From contig NMRA01000496.1 in the NCBI GenBank assembly GCA_002633005.1, positions 1 to 64,000 on the forward strand: 64,000 nucleotides of DNA, written 5' to 3'. A program made the translations under genes and the position numbers. Below, piece after piece: positions 27,075 to 38,234 of the stretch (within the stretch, counting starts at the first letter, position 1; each line of letters starts with the position of its first letter). Under the pieces are notes generated by a model. The model saw only the letters and a list, made by a program, of their open reading frames with translations. It had not been told where the DNA came from and made no database searches. This DNA comes from Phoronis australis (taxonomy: Eukaryota > Animalia > Phoronida).

Positions 27075-27319
27075 CTATAGCAAGGTTAAATGACATGCTC
27101 ACTATTCAGGTAAAGTTATAGCGAAGTTAGATGACATATTCACTATTCAGGTAAAGTTATAGCAAAGTTAGATGACATGTTCACTATTAAGGTAAAGTTA
27201 TAGCAAAGTTAGATGACCTGTTCACTATTCAGGTAAAGTTATAGCAAAGTTAGATGACATGTTCACTATTCAGGTAAAGTTATAACAAAGTTAGATGACA
27301 TGTTCACTAATCAGGTAAA
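27075..27319. repeat. 41-bp minisatellite
   Basis: About 6 copies of AGTTATAGCAAAGTTAGATGACATGTTCACTATTCAGGTAA, ending ~40 bp from the donor of ankyrin exon 5. Confidence 0.95.
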
Positions 27320-27361
27320 AGTGTGTCTTACCACACAGTTCCATTTACATTCATGTTTTAC

Positions 27362-27460
27362 CTTGTTGACAACTGTGACGTCACCATCCTTTTCCACGAG
27401 GAGTTTCACAACGTCCAGATGGCCGTATTCACAAGCACCGTGCAGCGGTGTGTCGCCATT
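27362..27460 (-). CDS. Ankyrin-repeat exon 5 (NGDTPLHGACEYGHLDVVKLLVEKDGDVTVVNK)
   Basis: 99 bp, TAG acceptor, AAG|GTAAAA donor, phase 0-0, canonical ankyrin consensus. Confidence 0.95.
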
Positions 27461-30400
27461 CTACATCAAATAAAACAGGCTTAAATAAACAAATACGAGT
27501 ACAAAGCGAGATACTTATCTGCATGTATACAATGTAACAGGACATGGTTGGGTAAGTGGCAATGCTTTAGCAGTTTCACGCAAATTGTAAACGAACATTG
27601 ACATGTCTTAAACCGAAATAAAAACGACCTAGTTATAATCCATCACTTCCCACGAACTTATTGAACAAAGCGATTTTCCGCTTGGTCAACAGAGCGACAA
27701 AAACAACACCTTCAGTGAAGATGTGAAAAAATAAACCCACAAGGAAAATCAAACATAACAATACGGTTAATTACCAGGAACCAAAGTGAAACTATTCTCA
27801 TTTATCCTGCTTACATGTTCAGTAATAATTTTCTGATCAACGTGTATTTAATTAGCTGTTGCCACACCAGCATCTTTCTTCTCGGAATATTCCATGTCGC
27901 CGACCACCATTGGACATGCACGACTGAGTACCGGTAGCAATCGGTTAGTCACGTACATGTACAACTCCCGGAAACCAAGCCGAGCGTTTAGTTTCTAATT
28001 AAGGACGTATTCAATACATTAGTTAAAAACTCCATTACTATTTAGCCTATTGGTCCACTTCACAGAGCATGTCTAATGTCTGCAACTCGTACGGATTGTC
28101 AATGTTTCCGTAAACATACATGTACCGTAATCCACGGAATACAAGGCCATGACCTGATGGTACTGTATAGCCGTTTACTGGAACATAAGGCCACAGCTGT
28201 ATAGGATGGGTCATTTCTATTTTAAAGTGCTCTGTAAAAGTTCGTTACTTTGCCTATAATGCCATAACAAACGTAGCACAAAAACGTGTAAAAGAATGCG
28301 CGTGACAATATTATTAATAATGTTAAAATAATGATGATTAAGTTAAGTAAAACAAGATACGTGTGATCACATCGCACAACACCATACAGCACAGCTACTC
28401 CGCACCCAGACAGTGTTCAGTGTTTGCCATTTCGGAATTCGCGGCATAGTTTGCTTGCCATTTTATTGTTCTTTACCATTACATAAAGTTTTTGTCCTGA
28501 TTGGTAAGCCAGAATAACGCCATTGCCTTACATAGTACGGGTCATTTGCATTTTAGTGTTCTAAAATGCATTATACGTTTAGTTCCGCACGGATGTAATG
28601 TACATCGTTTGTTCAAAGAAAAATGCTTAAATATTCCACAAGCACTAGCAATGGATCATCCGCCTTAAATTAAGCGATTTTTTCAGGGTTGGTACATTTT
28701 CAGTACTTTTCATTTAACAAAAAATTGCAAAATTGAATAAACGTCAATGTTTGCCAATTAGTTTTTCAAATTTAACAAAACAAAAAGTAAAGGAGCCATG
28801 TTCCTACAGCTCAACACGGTTGTGGAATTGCGTGACGCAGAAACTTCAAATTGTAAAATTGACAAATAATTAAGCAAAACCAAAACGTTCGAGTTATTAT
28901 TCATTTGAATCAAGTCCCCCGGGATTAGCGGAGAGTTTACTCTAGCCGAACAGAGATAAGAGACACTTTCAGTCAGAACTGAAAAGAAATAGATATCAGA
29001 GAAAAATCAAACACGTTAATCATGTACGTTATCGACACTTTAAAAATTAAACCACTTCCACTGATTTGGATTTTATCGAGCAACAGTTTGACAATTACTT
29101 TGTAATAGCCAAGCTTTTCAACGGCAAGTGCTACACCAGCGTCTTTTTGCGGAATAGTTCGTTTCGCCGACCATCTTCTTTTCACCGATGTGATCTTCCG
29201 CTACTTGAAACCGATATGCGTTTTCAAATTTTATATGATCCAATAATCAAGCCGTGTTTTAATTTTAATTTCAATTGAAGGACTATCCCAATACACAATT
29301 TCAGAACAACATAACTGTACAATATACCTCGATTATCAATTAGCATTCAGTTGGCAATTTATTTTAATTTCACGTCCCAGCTTCTCTTATTCTTTCGTTA
29401 CTTGTTCAGGTCCATGCATATCTTCAGCTGTGCGTTTGTATAAAAAATCGCTCGAACTTCCTACTAGCAATCGACCACCACTCTTAAAACTGAGTGTTCT
29501 AGCATCGTCATTGGTACATCTTCAGAACCTTGCCTTTAAAGCAACATGTCAACGTTTAACAAGTTGTACTTGAAAAGTCCATTTTCACTCACGAAATCTT
29601 TTACTCCTGTTCACGACGGCAGACTCAGTGAAATTGGCAGAGTCTGCAGATTTGAAATTTTTCGCTTTAAAATCAGTATGGACAAGATTGCACGATGTTC
29701 TGCAGCCGTTCTGCGACAGATTCGCGTGCGAACTGAGGGTGTCGGATACCAATCTTTGGAGTTTCTAACCAAATGTATTGTCGAAACATTACGAGTCACA
29801 ATCATTTTGCCAAGGTTCAATTCTATTGGACATACACAATGTGTGGAATCATAGACTATAGTCTATAATCTAGGGTGGAATGCAGTTGCAGACAATTTCG
29901 TGTTTGACTTCATAAAACGTCAATAATGTATGCACAAACCGGAAGCGTTCGGACTTTACGGTGGTGGAGAATAAGGAAGACGTGCAATTTCTTTACCGAG
30001 GGTCAAATTGAGCGGAAACATCATACTTCAGTTTTACTTCAGATTGGTGCAGAATGTGCAACTTGGGAATCCAGAATCTGTGATTTTTTGAAGATTTATG
30101 AAGCTGCTTCATCAAAGGACACCCAGGGTCGGTATTTGGCGCCCGCAGAGAGCGCACCCCTCACGATGTTCTTTTTAGCTTAGTTACTGGAAAATCAGTT
30201 CTTTGATAAAATACATGATTGTTAACTGAACTACAAACTCAAAGACGAGAGTCAGTTACGTCTTTTGTGTAGTCTATACCTGTATGACATCCACACTAAA
30301 TTTACATATTATAATGTTTCAATAATATGACTTTGGACGGGTGAGGAAAGCGAAGACACTGTTGACAACCGTAATCATAAAAATGACCTAACTTCTTAAT

Positions 30401-32929
30401 AAATTATGAAAACAGCCATAATTTGCATTACTGTAAACAAGAGACACTGCCACTTATTTTACGATTGTTATGTTGCTAAAGAGTCTGCACTGTGAAAAAT
30501 AAAAATATAACTTAGTTCCTGACAAATAGTCAATGTTACTTAGATCACTTCCTGTCATAGTTGTCAGTGTTGGAGAAAGAAAAGTGACAACTTGATAGCA
30601 AAAAAATCTGGGTCTGGTAAAAGAACGAGTGAAATGATTGCAGCAACAGAAGAAACTAACCTACAGCGTTTTTGTCGAACGAAGATTACGAGTGTCGCAA
30701 CGCCAAAGCGCAAGAAATTTTTGAATTTAGTCGACTGCAAACTTAAACACGTTGTTTACTCAGTTTATGAATGATAGCTACTGAGTCATAGCTCACGAGT
30801 ATTTGACGACGCACCAAGGTGTGTTCGACACCTAGATTGTACAATGTATTTTTACAAAGCGCACACTACCTGTATGATGGTGACATTTTTCAATCAGATT
30901 TGTCATTTGCATTTTTTACTTAAAGAGTGAGGCAAAATGCTGCTAAGCCCGTCAAGATGCCCAACAACTTCTACACGAATATATCCACCTAGGTCCGAAT
31001 AAAAACACCTTGACCAACTAAATTCAACTGCAACTGAGCAAACGAAATAGTCTGTTAATCCCTTGCGAGTTTGTAAAAACCTGGGAAAGCGAGGATTCCA
31101 CTCCTTGATTTTGTTTCTCGTTTTATTGATCTAAAATTAACAGTTTTTGCTCTACTGAAGTCATGTTTTTGAACTTGGGTAATAAATATAATTTCCATGT
31201 TTACAAGTGAAGTCAACCTCACCGACACATGAACACCATCGAGACTCACATACCGCTATCTTTTGTTTTAACAACAAAAAAGGGCATTAACCTGAACTTT
31301 TGAAACATAAAAAATACCATCTCGGTGATATATTTGTCGATTTCAAGGTTTTTAGTGAAGCAGGCACCCACTCGTAATCAATCTATTTTGATGCAAGATA
31401 TTCCGGCATCAATTTGAATTCTTTCAGCTTGAATTTGGTGAACTTAAATAATTGTATCGATATTATAAGGGCAAAAAACGTGTCACTTATAACAAGCAGT
31501 CGGTATTTATAGTTTTGTTACTGCATGTGGCGATTACGAAGGGATTCTCAATGCAAAATTCCCGACATCACTGGCTTGCGCGAGAGGAACTTAAAAGAAT
31601 ACTACATAGAGCAGAAATAACAGTTTTTATGAAAATGGCGTTCACAAACACATTTCATGGCTTATAAAGAAATAAATGGCGCTTCGATTTAATAATAGAA
31701 ATTAAATATGTACAGAACTGGTTTTAAAGCAAGATGAAGGTCTTTTTGATGGAATAGGTCGTTGGTAAATGAAGAAATCCTCAAACTCAGAGTATCCTGT
31801 GAGCACTACCCACAAAACTGTAAAATCAGTTCCGAACATCAGGTGTATTCATTCTCCAATGTGGTGGACCTCAGATAAGTTCCTACATCATTTTGAAGTT
31901 CCTGTTGTACATTTTAAAAGCAGTAAATGAGATATTTGGACTGGTTAATGTATGTTTGACACATGAAACTTTTGATAACGTGGCCACCAACACAAATCAC
32001 GTCCAGACCTAATCAAGATGTTTCAAAAAGAAATCACGTACGACAACACAAGCCCCACGTTGAAATGATGAAATACATCCTTATAACCTTAAAAGTTTCC
32101 GCAACTAAACAATAAAACTTGCTGACATATCAAGAAGACGAGAGATCAACAAAATAAACACCATACCGTATTTTTGAGACGAGTGAAGCAGACGACAGGT
32201 ATAAAACACGGTACTGTTTCCGACAACAAAATTCATGCAAAAATCGTAAACAAACCAGCTTCAGTGTATACACAATTTAAAGCACCTGCACATGTATACA
32301 CAAACTTTGAATTTACATATTGTATTGTGGACCACAGCTCGTTTACTAGGTTCACAGTGCTCGGCTTGGCACCGTGATAAAAGGACTTGTGCTTTCGACG
32401 GACTACCTGGGACTTTGCCTCAGTCACGCCCTAGATTTCAACTTCATAGAATAGTAAATCCGACCATGGCAGGAACATACACGGTTGTTTGGTGGTTTTG
32501 AAATACATGTACAGTTAAGCCACGGGGTTAAAACACACGGATAAATTGATTGCTAAATAATCGTTATATTGAAACAAGCGAGACTAAAACCTTCAGAAAT
32601 TTTCTAAACGCGCATTTGATTCCTTGCAGTGACTCGAATATAAACCTGCATGTTTTATAAATAATGAAGCGAGAAAATCTGAACCTGTGGCTGTTGTCTA
32701 TTTTTATTTCGTGCCGAATTATCGCGATTAGACAATCTGCTTTGATCCATTGAGTGTTATGGGAAGGTACATGCAGTGAAGAAGTGACTTTTTTGTGTAA
32801 CTCTACGCAGGAGACAGATCATTTTTGACGACATATTTATTACAAGTGAATAGTGTTCGAACTCATAGTACATTTAAAACACATTTATTACAGTCTCAGC
32901 TAAACAAGAGTACAACACTCTTGCAATAC

Positions 32930-33031
32930 CTTGTTGACGGTATTGACGTTGCATCCGCTTTCCCTGCACAGTAGTTTCACTACCTCTGTATGTCCACCTG
33001 CAGATGCCTTGTGCAGCGGTGTGTCACCCCA
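32930..33031 (-). CDS. Ankyrin-repeat exon 4 (WGDTPLHKASAGGHTEVVKLLCRESGCNVNTVNK)
   Basis: 102 bp, TAG acceptor, AAG|GTATTG donor, phase 0-0. Confidence 0.95.
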
Positions 33032-33580
33032 CTACAGTAAGTGAACAAAAATAGATAATGTTGATCAGCATTATACAGTAGTGATGTGAGTGGGTGAACA
33101 GGTCGAGTTTTATACTTTTCCAGTTTAAACTTTAACATCAGTTGCAATACTGATGGAGGGTGTGACTCAACAGGACAGATTAAAACCTGACATTTAAACT
33201 CAGACATAACTTGCGCGGGATTTTTAAAAAGTTCCTCTGACCTGATATAGTCACGTGATTGAAAAGAGTGTTTTAAATATCACAACTTGATCTTATACAT
33301 TACAACAGAGAACATTCATTTAATGAGTGCTGTGGAAATGCAAGTAAAGAACCACATCACTGTGCAAGTCTAGGTGAACTAAAACTGTTTATAATTAGTT
33401 AAAGTCGCGTGCACGTCACGTCACGTGCGGTGGAATGCAACAAAAATGTCAATGTTTAAAATGAAATCATAAATCACGATTAATTAAATCATTGAATGAT
33501 TCAGCCAAGTCACATGTTGTGTGTTCATCACGGTGTGTAAACAACTAGTTCAACTAAACAACCTGTGTGTCATTACTTAC

Positions 33581-33682
33581 CCACTCATCACGTACATCTA
33601 CACTGGCCTTGTTGGCCAACAGCAGCTTCACTGTGTCTGTATGACCACCCTCTGCTGCCTCGTACAGCGGTGTCCGGTCATC
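33581..33682 (-). CDS. Ankyrin-repeat exon 3 (DDRTPLYEAAEGGHTDTVKLLLANKASVDVRDEW)
   Basis: 102 bp, TAG acceptor, GTAAGT donor, phase 0-0; tandem duplicate of exon 34043-34141. Confidence 0.93.
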
Positions 33683-34042
33683 CTATGTAATATATAATGG
33701 AGATGTGGGAATGGACGATCAACGTTTAGAGCTAAGTAACATACACGGGGGAACGTGAACTTGTAAGGTGACATAAATGAAACATTACGGACCCCTCTAA
33801 GACGCTACAATACTTGTAATGAATTCAAGAATCAGGTGTTACAGATTTTAAAACGTTACAGAGCATGTTACAACTCTACGCAGCTTTGGTTCTTCACCAA
33901 GAAAAGCAGACGACATTGAACTTGTCATTGTTTTAGGACAATAAATTGTGAAAAATATCAACAAAACTTGTTCCTAAATAGTTTTAATCATCGTGTTTGT
34001 TAACAACTAGCTCAACTAAACAAACTGTGTGTCATTACTTAC

Positions 34043-34141
34043 ATCATCACGTACATCTACACTGGCCTTGTTGGCCAACATCACCTTCACTATGTCTGTA
34101 TGACCACCCTTTGCTGCCCAGTGCAGCGGTGTCTGGCCATC
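34043..34141 (-). CDS. Ankyrin-repeat exon 2 (DGQTPLHWAAKGGHTDIVKVMLANKASVDVRDD)
   Basis: 99 bp, TAG acceptor, GTAAGT donor, phase 0-0, TPLH motif. Confidence 0.95.
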
Positions 34142-34706
34142 CTATGTAATATATAATGGAGATGTGTGAATGGACGATCAACGTTTAGAGCTAATTAACA
34201 TACACGGGGGAAAGTGAACTTGTAAGGTGACATGAATGAAACATTAGTAACCCCTCTAAGACGCTACAATACTTGTAATGATTTCAAGAACCAAGTGTTG
34301 CAGATTTTAAAACGTTGCTGTAAGAACAGAACATGTTGTAGACGTCCATTGCCAGAAATTACAGAGTTCCTCCATAACTTGACAGCGATCCCGCCATGTT
34401 GTATTTCTTCACCGATTTTCTGGCTTCGCGTTTAATATAAAGTTGTAATGTTGAATGGACGATTGTTATTAAGAATAGAAAAGTATCAACTTTAAGTCGA
34501 CAAATATATTGTTGACACAATTCAAACCTCAATTTTTCTTAAGATGCATGTACACAGTACAGACTGAAAAATATTTGTTGAAATCATGAGATATGAAAAG
34601 TGTATTTACACACAAAATATTTCGTTAAACTTCAGATAGTCTACAGCTTTTGTAACAAAGATAACATTGTCTTAATTCTAATGTCGTCTCAAGTAATTGC
34701 TATTAC

Positions 34707-34802
34707 CCAGTCTAGCACTTCTACATCGGCCCCACCCTGCACCAGCACCCTCACCACCTCCGTCCTGCCCCACACTGCTGCTATGTGAAGTGCTGTCAGG
34801 CC
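34707..34802 (-). CDS. Ankyrin-repeat exon 1 (GLTALHIAAVWGRTEVVRVLVQGGADVEVLDW)
   Basis: 96 bp, TTTCTGCAG acceptor, GTAATA donor, phase 0-0; fits the ankyrin consensus G-TALH-AA--G--EVV--L---GADV. Confidence 0.92.
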
Positions 34803-35867
34803 CTGCAGAAACAATGAACAAGTTATAGCAAACTTCACAATCACTAACTTCACTGTGAATCTTAATTACTTGTCATGCAAAGGTTGAAATATCACAATTG
34901 TACACAGATTCTCTGTTAATTTGATATGAGTAAAAGATTTAATTAAATTTTCCTTTGTTAGCCACCTGAACGGGTATTTTGCTAAAAATAATTCTTAACA
35001 CAAAATACGATATAATAAACAGCAATGTTGAAGCTAATGTGCTCTGTATGAAAGCAGCGATTATAAGGTTAAAACTTACGGGGTCGCCTGATATTCTTAG
35101 TATATCTACCCGAATACCTGATGGGTGCATCAATTGAAAAAGACGTCCAGTTTCACTTCTGCCCGAGGTCCAAAATAGTTTCTAACGAATTTGGGTCATT
35201 AACAAACAGGAACGAAATTATGAAAAAGCATCAATACCTGATTGAAATGATATTGGAATTGGCTATTATTAAAATACAACTGAAGTATGAAGTAGTTTAA
35301 TGAATATTCAATTAGGCAATCTTTGGTAGGCCTATATGGTGTTTTACTGATTAGGAACAAATGCAGAGAGAACACATTCAACTTGTCAATGACTTGGTAA
35401 CTGGTAAAACCTCCTAGAAAAGAATACATGTAAACCCTTCTCTACAAATTAAGCACATGATGAAACACATTTTACCAAAACCATTCTTCTAATAAGACTG
35501 ATGGTCAATCAATCACGTGGTTCACATATTGCCGAAAATACAAACGAATTGTTCTGATGTTCTGAGTCTCCAGACGTCGAGGCAGTGGTTTGGCCAAGCG
35601 AACTGCTGCTTTTAAAAAGAGCGCTTTGCCGGCCAGTTTTCGCGTGTACACGCGATAAAGTGATACATTGGCCTGTTCTTGAATATATATAAAGGGGCAT
35701 TTCCTTATCACAAGGAGCCAATTAAAGAGACTACGACCATGACAAATATCATGAAACGTACTGCATCTTGAGTTTATCGACACGCGTTTGACATTGTAAA
35801 TGCTGTGTTTCGGCATGGACACTATTTTCAAACTTGCTTAAAAAGTTTGACAAGATCAATGACTTAC

Positions 35868-35879
35868 CTTATTCAACAT
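35868..35879 (-). CDS. Putative initiating coding exon (MLNK)
   Basis: Minus strand reads ACAAA-ATG TTG AAT AAG|GTAAGT: good start context, consensus donor, phase 0. It joins the next exon to give MLNK-GLTALHIAA, an ankyrin N-terminus. Confidence 0.45.
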
Positions 35880-37779
35880 TTTGTTTTTGATGTTGCGTAA
35901 AGAACGGAAAGTCAAAAATATGCGGTGTCCAAGACTTTCATATTCAGTACGGAACGATCACGACCTTTTTATGACAAGCAAACAAGGACTACAAAAAAGT
36001 CAACATCAACATAAGCTGCCTCTACTTGCCTACGGCCACTTGGACCCGACGGTGACTTGGATAAAATATAGAAAACAGACGTATAAATAACGTGCAAAAA
36101 TGCAAAATTATGCGTCATAGAGTCATATCCTCCATACCAAAAATAATGATAAAATGTTGCACCGCAAAAGTTAAATTTATCTTTTAATCAAATTCTCATG
36201 AAATTACCATCTCGCCTAATACAGAGGAGTTCACTTTCCCCTTGTTAATAAATTTACAGAAAAATCACACATTTGCAGTTGACAGATTTTATTTTTGAAA
36301 TTTGGAAATAAAAGAAAATGCTCTGTCATCAACAGAAATTAAAAATATTTACGAACAAAACTGAAAAAGACCAGGTGAGCTGGTTGAAATGTGTTTCAGT
36401 GGTGAAGAATTACATCCAATATTTCAATTTAGTTTGCTTATCGGGTTCCAAGCCTCTAATAAAAGATAATTTGGGAGTTAATAACTAGACATGCATTTGC
36501 AGGTCAACACTGCATTTCATTTCACTGAAATGTTCAAAACCAACATTTGAGCATTCAATGGCTTCTGAGTTAAATCAAGCAACGCAATAGCGATCGTTTC
36601 AATTGTGTTGAGAAATAAATTTTTAGTTCACAATATATTAGTGACTATTAGAACAGAGAATCTGGTTTAAAGATCAAGAATTGGCCCATGTCGCTTCTTA
36701 CTTTACAAGCGTAATTCCCAGACCCGAGTGTTCACTAGTTACATGTACCTACAGCAGGGTGATAATCACTCGTAGTGATTAATTTCATGACCCACTTTCA
36801 TCAAACGAGAGACAATGAAATTTGAAAAGTCAGCCACACAACCATGACAAGAACGTCTCTCATTTAAAACACAGTTGCGTCGTCACCGTTAACTAACAGC
36901 TATTATTGAGCACATTCTCCACGCGTTAGAATGTTGCAGTAGTACAACTGTACAGACTCAAAGTCTCATGCAAGCTGAGGATTTGGCCACCGGTATCAAC
37001 TTGCAATGTGCGGCTTGGAATTTCAAACATATGATTAGTGAGTTTTTATATATACATGTACATTTCTGGCAGATACATGGCAAATATGGTGCAATTCCCA
37101 TGGATCCTACTATCATTTACTTGTTGCCAAACGAAGTTCAAAGGAACACTAACATTAATGTATTGGCTGTAAACACACATGTATCGCGTGAGTATGAAAT
37201 AGTGCTGAATACGTGATCACTGGTCACAAAACAGCGATGTATCCAGTAATTCTGTGACGATTAACTGAACAAATTATATGGTGGAAAGGCGTATTGTTTT
37301 AAGTATTGTGTTGAGATATGTCCAATTACAATATCCTGGACAGTACCGTATTGCTACACTGTTCGGTCCCGTTGTTTGAGGTAAATGCAGGGAATCTTGT
37401 TTTGGAAATATCAGGCAACAGCCTGTTTGAACATGTGTCACATTTTTTCTTTTCATCGCAAACGACATCAAACGACTGAATGACAACCCTAGGCATACTA
37501 ATAGCCGAACCTCAGCCACGACTTGGGTTTCAGCAGACCAGTTTTGGGCTGCAAACTATTGCAAAGTAGACGCGACATTTATCGGAACAAGCACCCAGTG
37601 CTCTATAAATCACCACCTTTAACTCTTGAACATCTTCAATAAGGCGCCAATAGCTATGGCAAGTGCCCACCTTTCCTTTATCTCTCTAAAATTAATTTTC
37701 AAAACTTCAAGACGCGTTTAAAAAGCGCTAAACGGACCAAAGTTTGGAGTCGCAATGTTTTATGTTTGCAGTGGTCGTC

Positions 37780-37796
37780 AGGGTTAGGGTTAGGGC

Positions 37797-37827
<31 letters not shown>

Positions 37828-37894
37828 CTTAGGGTTAGGGCTTAGGGTTAGGGTTTAGGGTTAAGGTTAGGGTTAGGGTTAGGTTTAGGGTTAG
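37780..37894 (+). repeat. Interstitial telomeric repeat (TTAGGG)n
   Basis: About 18 units of TTAGGG with CTTAGGG and TTTAGGG variants. Confidence 0.97.
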
Positions 37895-38234
37895 AAATAT
37901 GGTTCTCCTCTCCTCCGTCTTGAAAAGACGTGGCAGTGGTCTGGCCAGGCGAAGCGTTGCTTTCAACCCCATTTAAAACGTCTGTACGTCAAATGAATGT
38001 CAAACAACTCAAATAGAAGAATTATAGCTTTATGGTGATTGGCCATGGTCTCTTTAATTGGTTCATTGTGATAAGGAAATGCCCCTTTAAATATTTTCAA
38101 GAACAGGCAAATGTATCAATTTATCCCGTGTACACGTGAAAACTGTAGCCTAAGGCAAAGCGCTATTTTTCAAATTCACATTCAAATTCATGTATTTCAA
38201 CATTTAAGGCCTTGGACCACATGTTACATAAAAT

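Larger units (their letters stand above)
33520..34316. repeat. Tandem exon+intron duplication, period ~460 bp
   Basis: ~33520-33857 and ~33985-34316 share the exon and both flanking intron segments. Confidence 0.95.
3060..35879 (-). pseudogene. Multi-exon gene or partly decayed gene: ANK repeats - ZU5 - UPA-like - (decayed ZU5/UPA-like) - DED - (decayed DD)
   Basis: Collinear minus-strand exons with AG/GT borders and mostly matching phases (listed individually below). The 5' exons are open; the 3' part has in-frame stops and frameshifts. One phase conflict remains, between exon 15986-16069 and the exon starting at 15712. Confidence 0.7.

Noticed and set aside
19880-27319. Regularly spaced repeats considered as CRISPR arrays
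   Set aside because: Head-to-tail tandem units without unique spacers, no cas genes, eukaryotic context.
27362-34802. Orthologue of canonical ankyrin (ANK1-3), PIDD1 or UNC5
   Set aside because: Only 5-6 ankyrin repeats, a divergent ZU5, no LRR or Ig domains and a DED present; no gene symbol assigned.
37780-37894. True chromosome end
   Set aside because: Only ~115 bp long, with unique sequence on both sides.
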